A stretch of 64,000 bases of DNA from an uncultured delta proteobacterium (lineage in GTDB: Bacteria > Myxococcota > Myxococcia > Myxococcales > Anaeromyxobacteraceae): positions 64,001 to 128,000 of the forward strand of contig CAWJSR010000023.1 of the NCBI GenBank assembly GCA_963845515.1. Reading direction: 5' to 3'. Of this stretch, positions 49,719-63,372 are shown piece by piece. Below the pieces are notes generated by a model. It searched no databases. It worked only from the letters and a program-made list of their open reading frames with translations, and was not told the DNA's origin. The translations under genes were made by a program, and so were the position numbers. Each line of letters begins with the position of its first letter. Within the stretch, counting starts at the first letter, position 1.

Positions 49719-50369
49719 TCAGAACTCCAGGGGGCGGGTGATGGCGATCCGGGCAGCCGAGGAGAGCCGCTCGAGCCGCCCGTCGGCGAGCGAGAGCTCC
49801 ATCTCGGCGCGGACCAGGGTGGGGAGCTCGTTGGCGCGCTCCACGCGGGAGGTGTCCCACTCCCGCACCCACTCCTTCTTCTTCGCGTCCCAGTACGAGA
49901 GCGTGAGCCGCTTCACGCCGCGGGCCACGACGTCCCGCCGGCCGTCGCGGTCCGGGTCGCCGTCGATCCCGAGCTTCTCGCGCCGGAAGAGCGCCTCGCC
50001 GTCGCGGCTCTCGGGATCGTCGTCGACCGAGTACTCGACGACCGCCTGGTCCGACTCCTTCGCGCCCCGGAAGAGCCGGACGTGGGCCATGGTGGTGAAG
50101 AGGACGCCGTCCTCGCGCCCGCGGAAGAGGGTCGGGCGCCCGTCGGCGAAGCGGCCCCGGTAGTAGTGGTCGCTGACGAAGGCCGTCGCGAGCTCGCTGG
50201 AGAGCCGGGTGAGCGCACGGCGCGCCTCGCCGTAACGCTCGTCCTGTGCCCGCGTCACCTCGGAGGCGTGGTCGACCTGGGTGATCGCGCCGGCGACCAT
50301 CGCCCCCATGACGGCCGTGATGGCCATGGCGATCATCACCTCGATGAGCGTGAGCCCGCGCGCCGTCAC
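49719..50369 (-). CDS. gspJ: T2SS pseudopilin GspJ
   Basis: RG|LTLIEVMIAMAI N-methylation motif; operon position. Confidence 0.85.
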   Translation of the reverse strand: MTARGLTLIEVMIAMAITAVMGAMVAGAITQVDHASEVTRAQDERYGEARRALTRLSSELATAFVSDHYYRGRFADGRPTLFRGREDGVLFTTMAHVRLFRGAKESDQAVVEYSVDDDPESRDGEALFRREKLGIDGDPDRDGRRDVVARGVKRLTLSYWDAKKKEWVREWDTSRVERANELPTLVRAEMELSLADGRLERLSSAARIAITRPLEF

Positions 50370-51007
50370 TGCGTGACCCCCGTGCCGGTGGGCTTGATGA
50401 CGACGAGGTGGGTGGTGACCGTGAAGGACTCGTCGCGCGCCCCCTCCTTCCACGAGACCGTGAGTCGCAGCTCACGGACACCCTGCTTCACGGACTGCGC
50501 CAGGACGTTGAGCTGCTGCTCGACGATCGCCGCCATGCCCTCGGCCAGCGGGTTCACCTGCTGGCGCCCGTCCGCGTCGGCCTTGGGCGCGAGGAAGTCC
50601 TGGATGCTGCCGCCGCCGAGCAGGATCCCGGCGAGCGCCTTCCCGTCGAGCGTCCCCTGGGGCTCGATCGCCTTCGCGCGCCACTTGAACTCGGGGTGCC
50701 CCTCGTCCTCGAAGGTGCCGTCCTCCTCGTCGCCGCCGAGGGAGAACCCCTCCCGCTCGTACTTCTCGGTCAGCTCGGCCATCTTGCCGCGCGCGAGCAG
50801 CGTCGCGACCTCGAGGTCGCGGGCCAGCACCTGGCTGCGGAGAGACCCCGAGACGATGTCGCTCACCGAGAGGAGCGCGAACGCGAGGATGGCGATCGCC
50901 ACCATCACCTCGAGCAGCGTGAAGGCGGGGCTGCGACGCGCCTCCGAGGGCGTCGCCCGAGGCGCGGGACGCGAGCCGAGCGCAGCGAGAGCGAAGAGCC
51001 GGCTCAT
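50366..51007 (-). CDS. gspI: T2SS pseudopilin GspI
   Basis: PA|FTLLEVMVAIAIL; ATGA overlap with gspH. Confidence 0.83.
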   Translation of the reverse strand: MSRLFALAALGSRPAPRATPSEARRSPAFTLLEVMVAIAILAFALLSVSDIVSGSLRSQVLARDLEVATLLARGKMAELTEKYEREGFSLGGDEEDGTFEDEGHPEFKWRAKAIEPQGTLDGKALAGILLGGGSIQDFLAPKADADGRQQVNPLAEGMAAIVEQQLNVLAQSVKQGVRELRLTVSWKEGARDESFTVTTHLVVIKPTGTGVTQ

Positions 51008-51597
51008 TCGTCGCGCCCCTCGGGCTCGCCCGCGCTCACTCGCGCCCGGCCGGTGAAGGGCTCGAGCCGCACGGTGAAGACGTGGTCGCCGTCGGCGAGC
51101 GTCACGCGCGCCGCCTGCGCGCGGCCGCCCGGGAAGAAGTGGACGTAGGCCGGCGCCCCTTCGAGCGGCGCGTCGCGGCCGTCGATCCGGATCGCCTTGA
51201 AGATCGTGTCGCCGGGCAGCTCGCGCTTGCGGACGATCGGATCCTCGAAGGCGGCGAAGCCGTTGGCCCCCGCGCCCGTCGCGGACGCATCCGGCTCGTC
51301 CGGGGCCTTCGCCTTCTCCGGGTCGCGCTCGATCGTCGTGCGGCCCGGCGTGCACTCCGCCCAGAAGCTCCGCTCCGCAGGCGAGAGGACCAGCCGGCAG
51401 GTGGCGTGCCGGACCGAGGCGCTGTCGAAGAGCCAGCGCATCGACCCCGAGACCTCACCCGCCGCCTTGCGCGCGTCTGCGCCGGTGATCCCGCCCAGCG
51501 CCGGGCCGGCCGCGGCGGCCAGCAGGCCGATGATCGTCATCACGATCATCAGCTCGATGAGCGTGAAGCCGGCGCGGTGCTGGAGGGGACGGGCCAT
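51004..51597 (-). CDS. gspH: T2SS pseudopilin GspH
   Basis: AG|FTLIELMIV, HFFPGG. Confidence 0.85.
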   Translation of the reverse strand: MARPLQHRAGFTLIELMIVMTIIGLLAAAAGPALGGITGADARKAAGEVSGSMRWLFDSASVRHATCRLVLSPAERSFWAECTPGRTTIERDPEKAKAPDEPDASATGAGANGFAAFEDPIVRKRELPGDTIFKAIRIDGRDAPLEGAPAYVHFFPGGRAQAARVTLADGDHVFTVRLEPFTGRARVSAGEPEGRDE

Positions 51598-51604
51598 CGG
51601 GAGC

Positions 51605-52024
51605 CTAGTAGTTGACGACGTCGGCGTTCTCGCCCTCGCCGCCGGGCGCGCCGTCGGCGCCGTAGGACTTCACGTCGAAGGCGTCGGGGTGGTCCTGGCC
51701 GGGGTAGAGGTAGACGTAGGGCTTGCCCCAGGGATCCTCGATCTTCCCGCTCTTCGAGTTGGCCTTGAGGAACTTCTCCTTGACCAGCATGTCGAGCCCC
51801 TCGTCGGAGGTCGGGAAGCGGCCGCGCATCACCTTGAAGGCCTCCACCCCCTCGCTGGCGATCCGCTGCACGTCCGCCTTGGCGCGGTCCCCGCGCGCCT
51901 TCTCGCCGGCCCCCACGACGTTGACGGCCACGGCCGTGGCGATGAGGCCGATGATGACGAGCACGACGAGGATCTCGATGAGGGTCATGCCGCGAGGCGC
52001 GGCGCGAAGCGTATGGACTTTCAA
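51605..52024 (-). CDS. gspG: T2SS major pseudopilin GspG
   Basis: RG|MTLIEILVVLVIIG, DPWGKPYVY, SYGADGAPGGEGENAD; TTG start inferred. Confidence 0.92.
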   Translation of the reverse strand: MKVHTLRAAPRGMTLIEILVVLVIIGLIATAVAVNVVGAGEKARGDRAKADVQRIASEGVEAFKVMRGRFPTSDEGLDMLVKEKFLKANSKSGKIEDPWGKPYVYLYPGQDHPDAFDVKSYGADGAPGGEGENADVVNY

Positions 52025-52026
52025 GG

Positions 52027-53256
52027 TCAGCCTCCTGCGAGGGTGTTGAGCTGAAGGATCGGCATCAGGACCGAGACGACGATGAAGGCGACGACTGCGC
52101 CCATGCAGATGATCATGATCGGCTCGAGGAGCGAGGTGAGGGCGCCGATCGTCGTCTCGACCTGGTCCTCGTAGGCCTTGGCGACGTTGCCGAGCATCTC
52201 CTCGAGCGAGCCGGAGCGCTCGCCGACCGCGACCATGTGGTGGACCAGTGGCGGGAACTCGCCCGAGCGCTTGAGGGGGGCCGCGATCGACTCGCCCTCC
52301 CGGATGGCGTCGCGCGCCTGCTCGATCACCTCGGCGAGCCGCGTGTTGCCGACGATGTTCCGGACGATGTCCATCGCGGTGAGGAGCCCCACGCCGCTCT
52401 TGAGGAGCGTGGAGAGCGTGCGCGCGAAGCGGCCGATGGCGATGATCCGGATGAGCTTGCCGAAGATCGGGATGCGGAGGACGAAGCGGTCCCAGCGCGC
52501 CCGCCCCTCCTTCGTCCCGCGCCAGCGGAAGAAGCCCCAGACGGCCGCGATCATCGCGAGGACGATGGCCCACCACCAGTTCGAGACGAAGCTGGAGATG
52601 GAGATGAGGATCCGCGTGTACCAGGGGAGCGCCACGCGGCTGTCGTCGAAGATCTTCACGATCTTGGGGATGACCACGGCGAAGAGGACGCCGAGGATGA
52701 CCGTGCCGATCATCATCATGAAGGCCGGGTAGGCCATGGTCCCCATGACCTTGGAGCGGAGCCGCGCCTGGCTCTCGGTGAAGTCGGCGAGCCGGATCAG
52801 GACGACGTCCAGCGCGCCCGAGGACTCGCCCGCGCGGACCATGTTCACGTAGAGGGTCGCGAAGACCTTCGGGTGCGCGGCGAGCGCGTCTGCGAGCGCC
52901 GTGCCCTCGTTGACCCGCTGCTTCACGTCGGAGATGACCCGCTTCAGCCGCTCGTGATCGAGCTGCTCGACCAGCGCGCCGAGCGCCTCCACGAGCGGGA
53001 TGCCCGCGCCGATGAGGACGGCGAACTGCCGGGTCATGATGGCGAGGTCGGTCGCGCTCACCCGCCCCAGCAGCACGCGGCGCACCGAGACGTCGCGCGC
53101 CGCCTGCGCCTTCTGCTCCTGGGCACCCAGCACCTCGGTGAGGAAGACGCCGTCCCGCTTGAGCGCGACGCGCAGCGTCTTCGGGCTGTCGGCCTCCATG
53201 AGCCCCTGGACCGTCTTGCCCGCGGCGTCGAGCGCCTTGTACTGGAAGACTGGCAT
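52027..53256 (-). CDS. gspF: T2SS inner-membrane platform GspF
   Basis: MPVFQYKALD, VRAGESSGALD, VAVGERSGSLE, LLEPIMI. Confidence 0.95.
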   Translation of the reverse strand: MPVFQYKALDAAGKTVQGLMEADSPKTLRVALKRDGVFLTEVLGAQEQKAQAARDVSVRRVLLGRVSATDLAIMTRQFAVLIGAGIPLVEALGALVEQLDHERLKRVISDVKQRVNEGTALADALAAHPKVFATLYVNMVRAGESSGALDVVLIRLADFTESQARLRSKVMGTMAYPAFMMMIGTVILGVLFAVVIPKIVKIFDDSRVALPWYTRILISISSFVSNWWWAIVLAMIAAVWGFFRWRGTKEGRARWDRFVLRIPIFGKLIRIIAIGRFARTLSTLLKSGVGLLTAMDIVRNIVGNTRLAEVIEQARDAIREGESIAAPLKRSGEFPPLVHHMVAVGERSGSLEEMLGNVAKAYEDQVETTIGALTSLLEPIMIICMGAVVAFIVVSVLMPILQLNTLAGG

Positions 53257-53262
53257 GGGCTC

Positions 53263-55086
<1,824 letters not shown>

Positions 55087-55088
55087 CG

Positions 55089-57719
55089 TCACTGCCCCTG
55101 GGCCGGGGCCGGCGCAGGCTGGGTGGCCCCGTTCGGCGGCGGCGCTTGCGGCGGCGGCTGGGCGGCTCCACCTGGCGGCGGCGCCGACGGGCCCGGAGGT
55201 AGCGTCTCGGTCTCCGGCAGGTCGCCGGCGTCCTCGTCGGTCACGCGGGGCACCGGCTCGTCGGCGGCGTCGTAGTAATCCTTGCCCGCGCCCGTACCGG
55301 GCCCCGGCCCCGGCGTGGGGGCCGCGCCGGGCTGGGTCATGCCCTCGCCCGGGAGCCCAGGCCCGCCGTTCTCGAGCCGCTGGGACTCCTCGTTCACCGC
55401 GCGGTGGATGCGGGAGAAGGGGCCGGCCTTGCGGTCCCACTCGATGGCCACGTCGTACTTGGACTTGGTGCCGTAGAAGGCCTCGATGAACTCCTGCTGC
55501 TCCTTCCGCTTCCGCTCGAAGATGCGCCGGTAGTCGCTCTCGTCCCTGATGATGTACGGGGTGAGGAAGAGCAGCAGGTTCGTCTTCTGCTTGCTCGTGA
55601 CGGTGTCGCGGAAGAGCCAGCCGATGATCGGCAGGCTGCCGAGGAGCGGGACCTTCTTCACGGTCTTGGTGTTCCGGTCCTGGATGAGCCCGCCGATGAC
55701 GATGGTGCTCTGGTCGCGGGCGACGATCTGGGTCTTCACGCTCCGCTTGGAGGTGGTGGGTCCGAGGAGCTGGTCGACGCTCGCGATCTCCTCGGTCTGC
55801 TCCTCGATGGTGAGCTTGACGTTGTCGCCCTCGTTGATCTGCGGCTTGATCTTGAGCTTCAGCTCCACGTTCTGGCGCTGGATCGGCGCGATGTACGACG
55901 AGAGGCCGGCGAGCGCCGTGGTGGCCGTCCCCGAGGTCCCGCTGAGGAGCGAGCTGAGGCCGGGCGGCGCGTAGCCGGACTGGAACGGGACGTTCTGGCC
56001 GACCGAGATCTCGGACTCCTCGTTGTCGGCGGCGAGCAGGTGCGGGGTCGAGAGGACGTTGACGTCCGAGTTGGACTGGAGCGCGTGGATCACGAGGCCG
56101 ATCGACGGGAACTCGAGGCCGGTGAGCGCCTTGAACTCGCCGGAGATCGGGGCCGGCGAGGCCGGTGAGGAAGCCGCCCAGCTTCACGAGACTCGTTCAG
56201 CCCCGTCGGCCGTGTTGAGGCCGAGGGAGGAGAGCGCCTCCGGGCGCCGAGACGAGGGGGAGGACGCTCGTCTCGCCGTTGATGCTCACCGGGACGAGGT
56301 CGTGCGCCCCCACGCCGAGCTGCATGGACGTCGTTCAGGTTCACCTCCATGATCACGGCCTCGACGAAGACCTGCCGGCGCGGGCGGTCGAGCTTCTCGA
56401 TGATCCGTGGAGATGGCCTGGAAGTCGCTGCCGCCCGCCTGGATGACGAGCGCGTTCTGGCTCTTGTCGGCGGTGACCTTCACCTCGCCCGAGAGGATCT
56501 CGGCGGTGGCGGCTCCGGCCGCAGCCGCGGCGCGCGGCGCTGGCGGCTCGGCCGGCTGGGCGGGCCGGGTCGGGGCGCGCCGCCGCCGGCCGCGCTGCGA
56601 GCTCGACTTCCCCTGGGAGAGCGCCGAGAGGGTGGCGGCGATGTCCTCGGCGCTGGCGTTCTTGAGGAAGACGACGTGGATCCCCCCCTCGCCGGCGGTG
56701 GGGACGTCGAGCTGCGCCACCAGCTCCTGGATCTTGGCGAAGCTCTTCTCGTCGGCGATGACGATGAGCTTGTTGCTGCGCTCCTCCGGCATGATCTTGG
56801 TGACGGACACCTCGCCGCCGCTCGAGGCCGCGGGTGCGCCGGCGGCGCCTGGCGCCGCGCTGATGCCCGGCCGCTTGCCGCGCGCCGGGCCGCCCCCCGA
56901 CTGCTGGAAGATCTGGTTGAGCTTCTCCGCGATCTCCTTGGCCGGCGCCCACCGCAGCTGGATGAAGCGGACCTGGTCGCCGAGCCCCGGCCGGTCGATC
57001 GCCTCCATCATCTTCTCGAGCCGGCGGATGTTGAGGCCGATGTCGGTGATGATCAGGACGTCGGGCGGGATGGCCTGGATGTCGGCCCCCTGCGGCGACA
57101 GGAAGCCGCTGAGGATCCCCTTCATCTGGTCAGCGTCGACGCTGGTGAGCCGGATGAGCTTGGTGATCGGCTGCTCTAGGGCCGGTGTCGGGGACCTGTC
57201 ACCCACGTAGGTGGGGATCGGGACCTTCTTGGCGTCGCCGATCCGGACCAGCTTGTAGTAGCGGCCGGTCGGGTAGATGGCGATGTTGTTCGCCGAGAGC
57301 GTGGCGAGGAACGCGGCGTAGGCCTCGTCGGCGTTGACGGCCGTCTTGGACAGCAGCGTGATCTTCCCGCGCGCGATCTCGTCCGTGTAGATGAAGTTGC
57401 GGCAGGTCCAGCGGCTCGCCTGCTCGAGGACGTCCACCAGCTCGGCCTTGTTGAAGGTGAGCATGAACCGTCCCTGGAGCGGCTGGCAGCGCCCCTCGCC
57501 GCGGCCGGTGGCGGGGGCGGCGGCCGGCCTGGCGGCTGCGGGCGGGACCGTCCCGGGGACGGCAGCCGGGGCGGCCGTCGGAAGGGCGGGCGGTGTCGGG
57601 CGGACGGGCTGCGTGAAGCCGGGGCGCGGCGGCGGCACGGGGCGCGGGGCGGTGGGCTGGGGAGCCTGCGCCGCCGCGAGGGCCGGGAGGAGGAGCGTGA
57701 GCGTGAGGAGCGTTCGCAT
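55089..57719 (-). CDS. gspD: T2SS secretin GspD; several frameshifts at about 56100-56580
   Basis: N domains (LTFNKAEL, SNKLIV, VVFLKNASAE), RRQVFVEAVIMEV, and secretin domain NVLSTPHLL...KVPLLGSLPIIGWLF...LFLTPYII, in different frames. Confidence 0.9.
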
Positions 57720-57738
57720 GACGTGGCCCTGGTCCCGG

Positions 57739-58725
57739 TCACGGACCGGTGATGTTGTATTCCTTGCGCAGCGCGTGCCCGCCGCGCTCCGCCTCGATCA
57801 CGACGTTGCTCGACTCCTTGAGCTTGGTGAGGAGCTCCAGCGCGCGGTCGGGTGAGTTGATCTCGTAGCCGTTGATGCGCTGGATCACGTCGCCGTTCTC
57901 GATGCCCATCGACGCGTAGAGCGAGCCGGGCTGGATCGAGAAGAGCTTGAACCCGTTGGCGACGCCGTTCTTGAACGACGGGACGATCCGGGCCTGCGTG
58001 GAGATGGTGCTCAGGTTGGAGAGCTGCTGGTCGATGACGCCGCGAGAGACCTCGTACTTGTTGTCGCCGACGGACCGGATCCCCTGCATCGGCGGCCCCG
58101 CGGCCTTCCCTCCGAACCGGGGTGGCGGCAGCGGCGCGACGCCGACGTTCTGCGCGCCCTCCACGCCGGCGGCGCCCTCGTCGAGGTCCACGAACTCCTT
58201 CGTCCCGCCGTTGCACAGGACCGCGACCACCTTGAAGCCGTTCCCGGTGGCGTCGCGCTCCTCGCGCATTCGCTGGAGGCCGACCACCGTAGCCCCCTGC
58301 ACGGAGTCTCCGACGCCATAGATGCGCGCCTCGCGCGTCCCGAGATCGAGCAGCGTGGCGAGCGACCACCTGGGCTGGTCGGAGAGGACCGACGCGACTA
58401 GCGCCAGCCGCAGGTCGGAGCGGACGGGGGCGGCGGTGGCGTCGTCGCAGGTCTGCGGTCGGACGCTGGCCGCGGCCAGGAGCGCCTCCTGCACGGCCGG
58501 TGGCTCGATCCCGATGAGCCGGTAGAGCCGCTGCGGATCGAGCGCCACCTGGGCTGCCTGCCGGGGCGCGGAGCCGGAGGAGGAGAGCGACAGGTCGACG
58601 TGCGGCGTCGGGCGGATCGCCACGGCGATGAAGGTGTTGACGATCTTCGCGGTCAACCACGCCGCGAGGAAGAGCAGCAGCAGGTTGGCCGCCCAAACGT
58701 ATTTTTTGAGGAAGCGCTCGAGCAT
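57739..58725 (-). CDS. gspC: T2SS protein GspC with PDZ domain
   Basis: N-terminal TM; ARIVPSFKNG...GFKLFSIQPGS...GDVIQRINGYEI. Confidence 0.9.
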   Translation of the reverse strand: MLERFLKKYVWAANLLLLFLAAWLTAKIVNTFIAVAIRPTPHVDLSLSSSGSAPRQAAQVALDPQRLYRLIGIEPPAVQEALLAAASVRPQTCDDATAAPVRSDLRLALVASVLSDQPRWSLATLLDLGTREARIYGVGDSVQGATVVGLQRMREERDATGNGFKVVAVLCNGGTKEFVDLDEGAAGVEGAQNVGVAPLPPPRFGGKAAGPPMQGIRSVGDNKYEVSRGVIDQQLSNLSTISTQARIVPSFKNGVANGFKLFSIQPGSLYASMGIENGDVIQRINGYEINSPDRALELLTKLKESSNVVIEAERGGHALRKEYNITGP

Positions 58726-58745
58726 AGGTGTGCCCTGGACCGTAG

Positions 58746-58761
58746 AGCAACCCATGTGCCG
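58746..58761 (-). promoter_or_regulatory. sigma54 promoter of the gsp operon
   Basis: Minus strand CGGCACA-TGGG-TTGCT, 20 bp before the gspC ATG. Confidence 0.7.
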
Positions 58762-58854
58762 CGGCGTGGCCGGGGGAGGCCAGTGCAACTAGCCGTATCC
58801 CGGCGGCTTTTCCGGGAGCCCGCGGCCGGGTACGGCAGGGTCGAGGCCGCGAGG

Positions 58855-58900
58855 TGACAACTTGGCAATGCGGGGCCAGGCCGGACCCACCCGGTGCCAA

Positions 58901-58907
<7 letters not shown>
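58855..58907. promoter_or_regulatory. Two palindromic candidate enhancer (UAS) boxes
   Basis: TGACAACTTGGCA (58855-58867) and TGCCAATTAGGCA (58895-58907), 40 bp apart. Confidence 0.5.
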
Positions 58908-60327
<1,420 letters not shown>

Positions 60328-60331
<4 letters not shown>

Positions 60332-60495
60332 TGCGGCGGTCGGGTGGGGGTGGGGCCGAGCGCGGCGCGGATCTCGTCGCCGAAGATGGCGAGCGCCCCG
60401 GCGATCACGAGCGCCACGAAGGCGACGACTATCAGGTACTCGACCATCCCCTGGCGGGAGGCTGGGCGCCTGGCCGGCTCGGCGGGCGGGTTCAC
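60328..60495 (-). CDS. Small Flp/type IVb pilin-like protein (55 aa)
   Basis: Not in ORF track. MNPPAEPARRPASRQGMVEYLIVVAFVALVIAGALAIFGDEIRAALGPTPTRPPQ; ATGA overlap with the regulator. Confidence 0.7.
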
Positions 60496-60518
60496 GGAGG
60501 GGACTGTAGCGCAAGAAG

Positions 60519-60662
60519 GGGAGGGGCCCCAGCAAAGCTGGGGAGGGATCTCCCCTCGTCGCGGGGCGCGAGCCGAGCGAAGCGAGAGCGAGCGGGGCCC
60601 CGCGCAGCAGGGGGAAGGTTCCGCGGGCTCGGCCCGCGGAAGGGGGCGGCACGCCCCCTGGA
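60519..60662. repeat. Composite palindromic (REP/MITE-like) intergenic element
   Basis: Hairpins CCCCAGC-AAA-GCTGGGG, TTCCGCGGGC-TCG-GCCCGCGGAA and AGGGGGCG-GCA-CGCCCCCT; core 60560-60591 matches 50963-50994 at 30/32. Confidence 0.6.
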
Positions 60663-60669
60663 AATGACA

Positions 60670-60697
60670 GCAGCGCCCCCGTTTCCGGAGGCGCTGC
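60670..60697 (-). terminator. Hairpin downstream of rpmE
   Basis: Minus strand GCAGCGCCTCCG-GAAA-CGGGGGCGCTGC followed by TGTCATTT. Confidence 0.55.
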
Positions 60698-60723
60698 GTG
60701 TGCTCCGCGGCTGCGGGGCTGCG

Positions 60724-61116
60724 CTACTCGGGCTTCGGCTCGGCGGCCGGCGCGTCGGCGGCGGGCGCCTCGGCGGCGGCCTCCACCTTCTTGGGCGGCT
60801 TGCCGGCGTTGGCCTTCGCGCGCTTGGCGGCGCGGTTCTCCGACGCGGCGGCGGCCTTCTTCGGCGCGGCGGCGGGCGCGGCGGCCGCGACCTTGGCGAC
60901 CGGCTTCTCCTGCGCGGGGGTGGCCGCGTAGCGGGTCTTGAACTTCTCGATGCGGCCGGCCGTGTCCATGATCTTCTGCTTGCCGGTGAAGAACGGGTGG
61001 CAACCGGCGCAGATCTCGACGTGGAAGTCGCCGCGCGTGGAGCGGGTGTCGATGATGTTCCCGCAGGCGCAGACGACGTGGGCGGGCTTGTACGCCGGGT
61101 GGATGGCTTCCTTCAT
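60724..61116 (-). CDS. rpmE: 50S ribosomal protein L31 (Zn-binding type) with C-terminal extension
   Basis: [40 protein letters not shown]. Confidence 0.96.
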   Translation of the reverse strand: MKEAIHPAYKPAHVVCACGNIIDTRSTRGDFHVEICAGCHPFFTGKQKIMDTAGRIEKFKTRYAATPAQEKPVAKVAAAAPAAAPKKAAAASENRAAKRAKANAGKPPKKVEAAAEAPAADAPAAEPKPE

Positions 61117-61221
61117 GGTGTCCTCTTCGGCCGCTTGCATCCCCCGGGAGCGGGCGATGGTCCGGGCCTGTCTTGTGGAAGGGCGGGATCTAATGGATCC
61201 GGGTGGTTGCGTCAAGCCGAT

Positions 61222-61262
61222 CCCCGCTCCACGGGAAGCGGGTGAGGGGCTGGGGTGGGGCT
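61222..61262. repeat. REP-like palindrome between rho and rpmE
   Basis: CCCGCTCC-AC-GGGAAGCGGG followed by TGAGGGGCTGGGGTGGGG; same architecture as the tolR element. Confidence 0.55.
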
Positions 61263-61264
61263 CG

Positions 61265-62572
61265 CTACTTCCCGCCCCCGACCATCATCTTGAAGAACTC
61301 GTCGTGGTTCTCCACCTGGCGGAACTTGTCGACGATGAACTTCATCGCCTCGACGTTGTCGAGGCCGTTCAGGATGGTCTGGCGCAGGATGTAGATCTTC
61401 GAGAGCCAGTCGGCCGGCAGGAGCAGCTCCTCCTTGCGCGTGCCGCTCTTGCCGATGTCCATGCAGGGGAAGATCCGCTTCTCCATCAGCTTCCGGTCGA
61501 GCACGATCTCGGAGTTGCCGGTCCCCTTGAACTCCTCGAAGATCACCTCGTCCATGCGGCTGCCGGTGTCGACCAGCGCCGTGCCGATGATGGTGAGCGA
61601 GCCACCCTCCTCGATGTTGCGGGCCGCGCCGAAGAACCGCTTCGGCTTGTGGAGGGCGTTGGAGTCGACGCCGCCCGAGAGGATCTTGCCGGAGGGCGGC
61701 ACGGTGGAGTTGTAGGCGCGCGCGAGCCGGGTGATCGAGTCGAGCAGGATCACCACGTCCTTCTTGTGCTCGACGAGGCGGCGCGCCTTCTCGATCACCA
61801 TCTCGGCGACCTGGACGTGGCGCGTCGCCGGCTCGTCGAAGGTCGAGGCGACCACCTCGCCCTTCACGGTCCGCTCCATGTCGGTCACCTCCTCGGGCCG
61901 CTCGTCGATGAGCAGGACGATGAGCGTGACCTCGGGGTGGTTGGCCGTGATCGCGTGGGCCATGTTCTGGAGCATGACCGTCTTGCCGGCGCGGGGCGGC
62001 GAGACGATCAGGCACCGCTGCCCCTTGCCGATGGGCGAGAAGAGGTCCACGACCCGCGTCGTCATCTCGTTCGGGTCGTGCTCCAGGCAGAGCCGCTCGG
62101 TCGGGTAGAGCGGCGTCAGGTTGTCGAAGAGGACCTTGTTCAGGCTCGCCTCGGGCGGCTCCCCGTTGATCGAGTCGACCTTCAGGAGCGCGAAGTAGCG
62201 CTCGCCCTCCTTGGGCTGGCGCACCGTCCCGCGGAGCGTGTCGCCGGTGCGCAGGTTGAAGCGGCGCACCTGCGACGGCGAGACGTAGATGTCGTCGGGA
62301 CCGGGGAGGTAGCTGAAGTCGGGGCTCCGCAGGAAGCCGAAGCCGTCCGGCAGCACCTCGAGCGTCCCCTCTCCGGCGACCTCCATCTCCTCCTTCTTCT
62401 CCTCGGCCGCCTTCGACTGCGCCTGGAGGATCGCGAAGATGAGGTCCTGCTTCTTGAGGACCGAGGCCCCCTCGACGCCCAGCTCGATCGCGAGCTTCGC
62501 CAGCTCGGCGACCTTCCTGTGCTTCAGCTCGGCGATGCTCGGGGTTGCGGTTGTCGTCGCTTCGGACGCCAT
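61265..62572 (-). CDS. rho: Transcription termination factor Rho
   Basis: [43 protein letters not shown]. Confidence 0.98.
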   Translation of the reverse strand: MASEATTTATPSIAELKHRKVAELAKLAIELGVEGASVLKKQDLIFAILQAQSKAAEEKKEEMEVAGEGTLEVLPDGFGFLRSPDFSYLPGPDDIYVSPSQVRRFNLRTGDTLRGTVRQPKEGERYFALLKVDSINGEPPEASLNKVLFDNLTPLYPTERLCLEHDPNEMTTRVVDLFSPIGKGQRCLIVSPPRAGKTVMLQNMAHAITANHPEVTLIVLLIDERPEEVTDMERTVKGEVVASTFDEPATRHVQVAEMVIEKARRLVEHKKDVVILLDSITRLARAYNSTVPPSGKILSGGVDSNALHKPKRFFGAARNIEEGGSLTIIGTALVDTGSRMDEVIFEEFKGTGNSEIVLDRKLMEKRIFPCMDIGKSGTRKEELLLPADWLSKIYILRQTILNGLDNVEAMKFIVDKFRQVENHDEFFKMMVGGGK

Positions 62573-62671
62573 AGGGTCGATCCTGGGGAACGGCGAAATG
62601 TAGGGGGGGGCGGGTGTGGCAGTGGTGTGCGCCGGGCGGCGCGCCCCGGGAACCCGGGGCCAGGAATCCAA

Positions 62672-62700
62672 AAATTAGGCCCCTCGGCAGGCGGTGTCAA
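62672..62700 (-). promoter_or_regulatory. sigma70 promoter of rho
   Basis: TTGACA-17bp-TAATTT. Confidence 0.6.
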
Positions 62701-62769
62701 CGCCGCCCACGCAGCCGTCGCCCCCGGTCGTGAGCGGGCCGGCGCCGCGTCTGCTTAAATGGGGTTGCG

Positions 62770-63372
62770 ATGACGTCGGCCTGGCCAGGCAACACTCCCG
62801 ATCTCGAGCTCGCCGAGCGCGCGCTCCTGGCCGAGCTGACCGGCGCGGTGCCACCCGTCCCGGCCATCGCCGGCGTCGCCGCGCAGGTCGCCGGCGCCCT
62901 CTCGGACCTCGAGAAGGTCTCGCTCGCCCGGACGCCGGTGGAGCTCGACGCCGCCGCGGTTCGCCGGGCGGCCGCCATGCGCGTCCGGGTCGGCGTCGCG
63001 CTCGCGACCGCGCCGCCCGTCGGCGCGAGCGCGGATCAGGCCGCCGTGGCGGCGCTGCTCGCCGAGATCGACGAGCTCCTGTTCGAGATCAACGGTCTCG
63101 CGGCCGAGGCGCAGCCGCTCCTCGCCGCGGCCCTGGGCAGGTGCAGGAGCGTCCTGGTCAAGGAGGCGATCGACTTCTCCGAGGCGGCGCAGCGCTACGC
63201 GCGGCTCGAACCGGAGCCCGATCCGGCGCCGGCTGCGCACCGCCAACGGCAGGCTCCAGCCGGCTCCTCGCCGGTGGGGCCGGCCGGGTCCGGGATGAGC
63301 TGGCCCCAGCGGGCGCTCCTCGTCGGCGCCGCAGTCGCCGCAGCCGCCGCGCTCGCCTTCGCGCGGCGCTGA
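62770..63372 (+). CDS. Hypothetical helical protein with C-terminal TM anchor
   Basis: Ala/Leu-rich ORF with coding-like bias; hydrophobic tail ending ARR. Confidence 0.6.
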   Translation: MTSAWPGNTPDLELAERALLAELTGAVPPVPAIAGVAAQVAGALSDLEKVSLARTPVELDAAAVRRAAAMRVRVGVALATAPPVGASADQAAVAALLAEIDELLFEINGLAAEAQPLLAAALGRCRSVLVKEAIDFSEAAQRYARLEPEPDPAPAAHRQRQAPAGSSPVGPAGSGMSWPQRALLVGAAVAAAAALAFARR

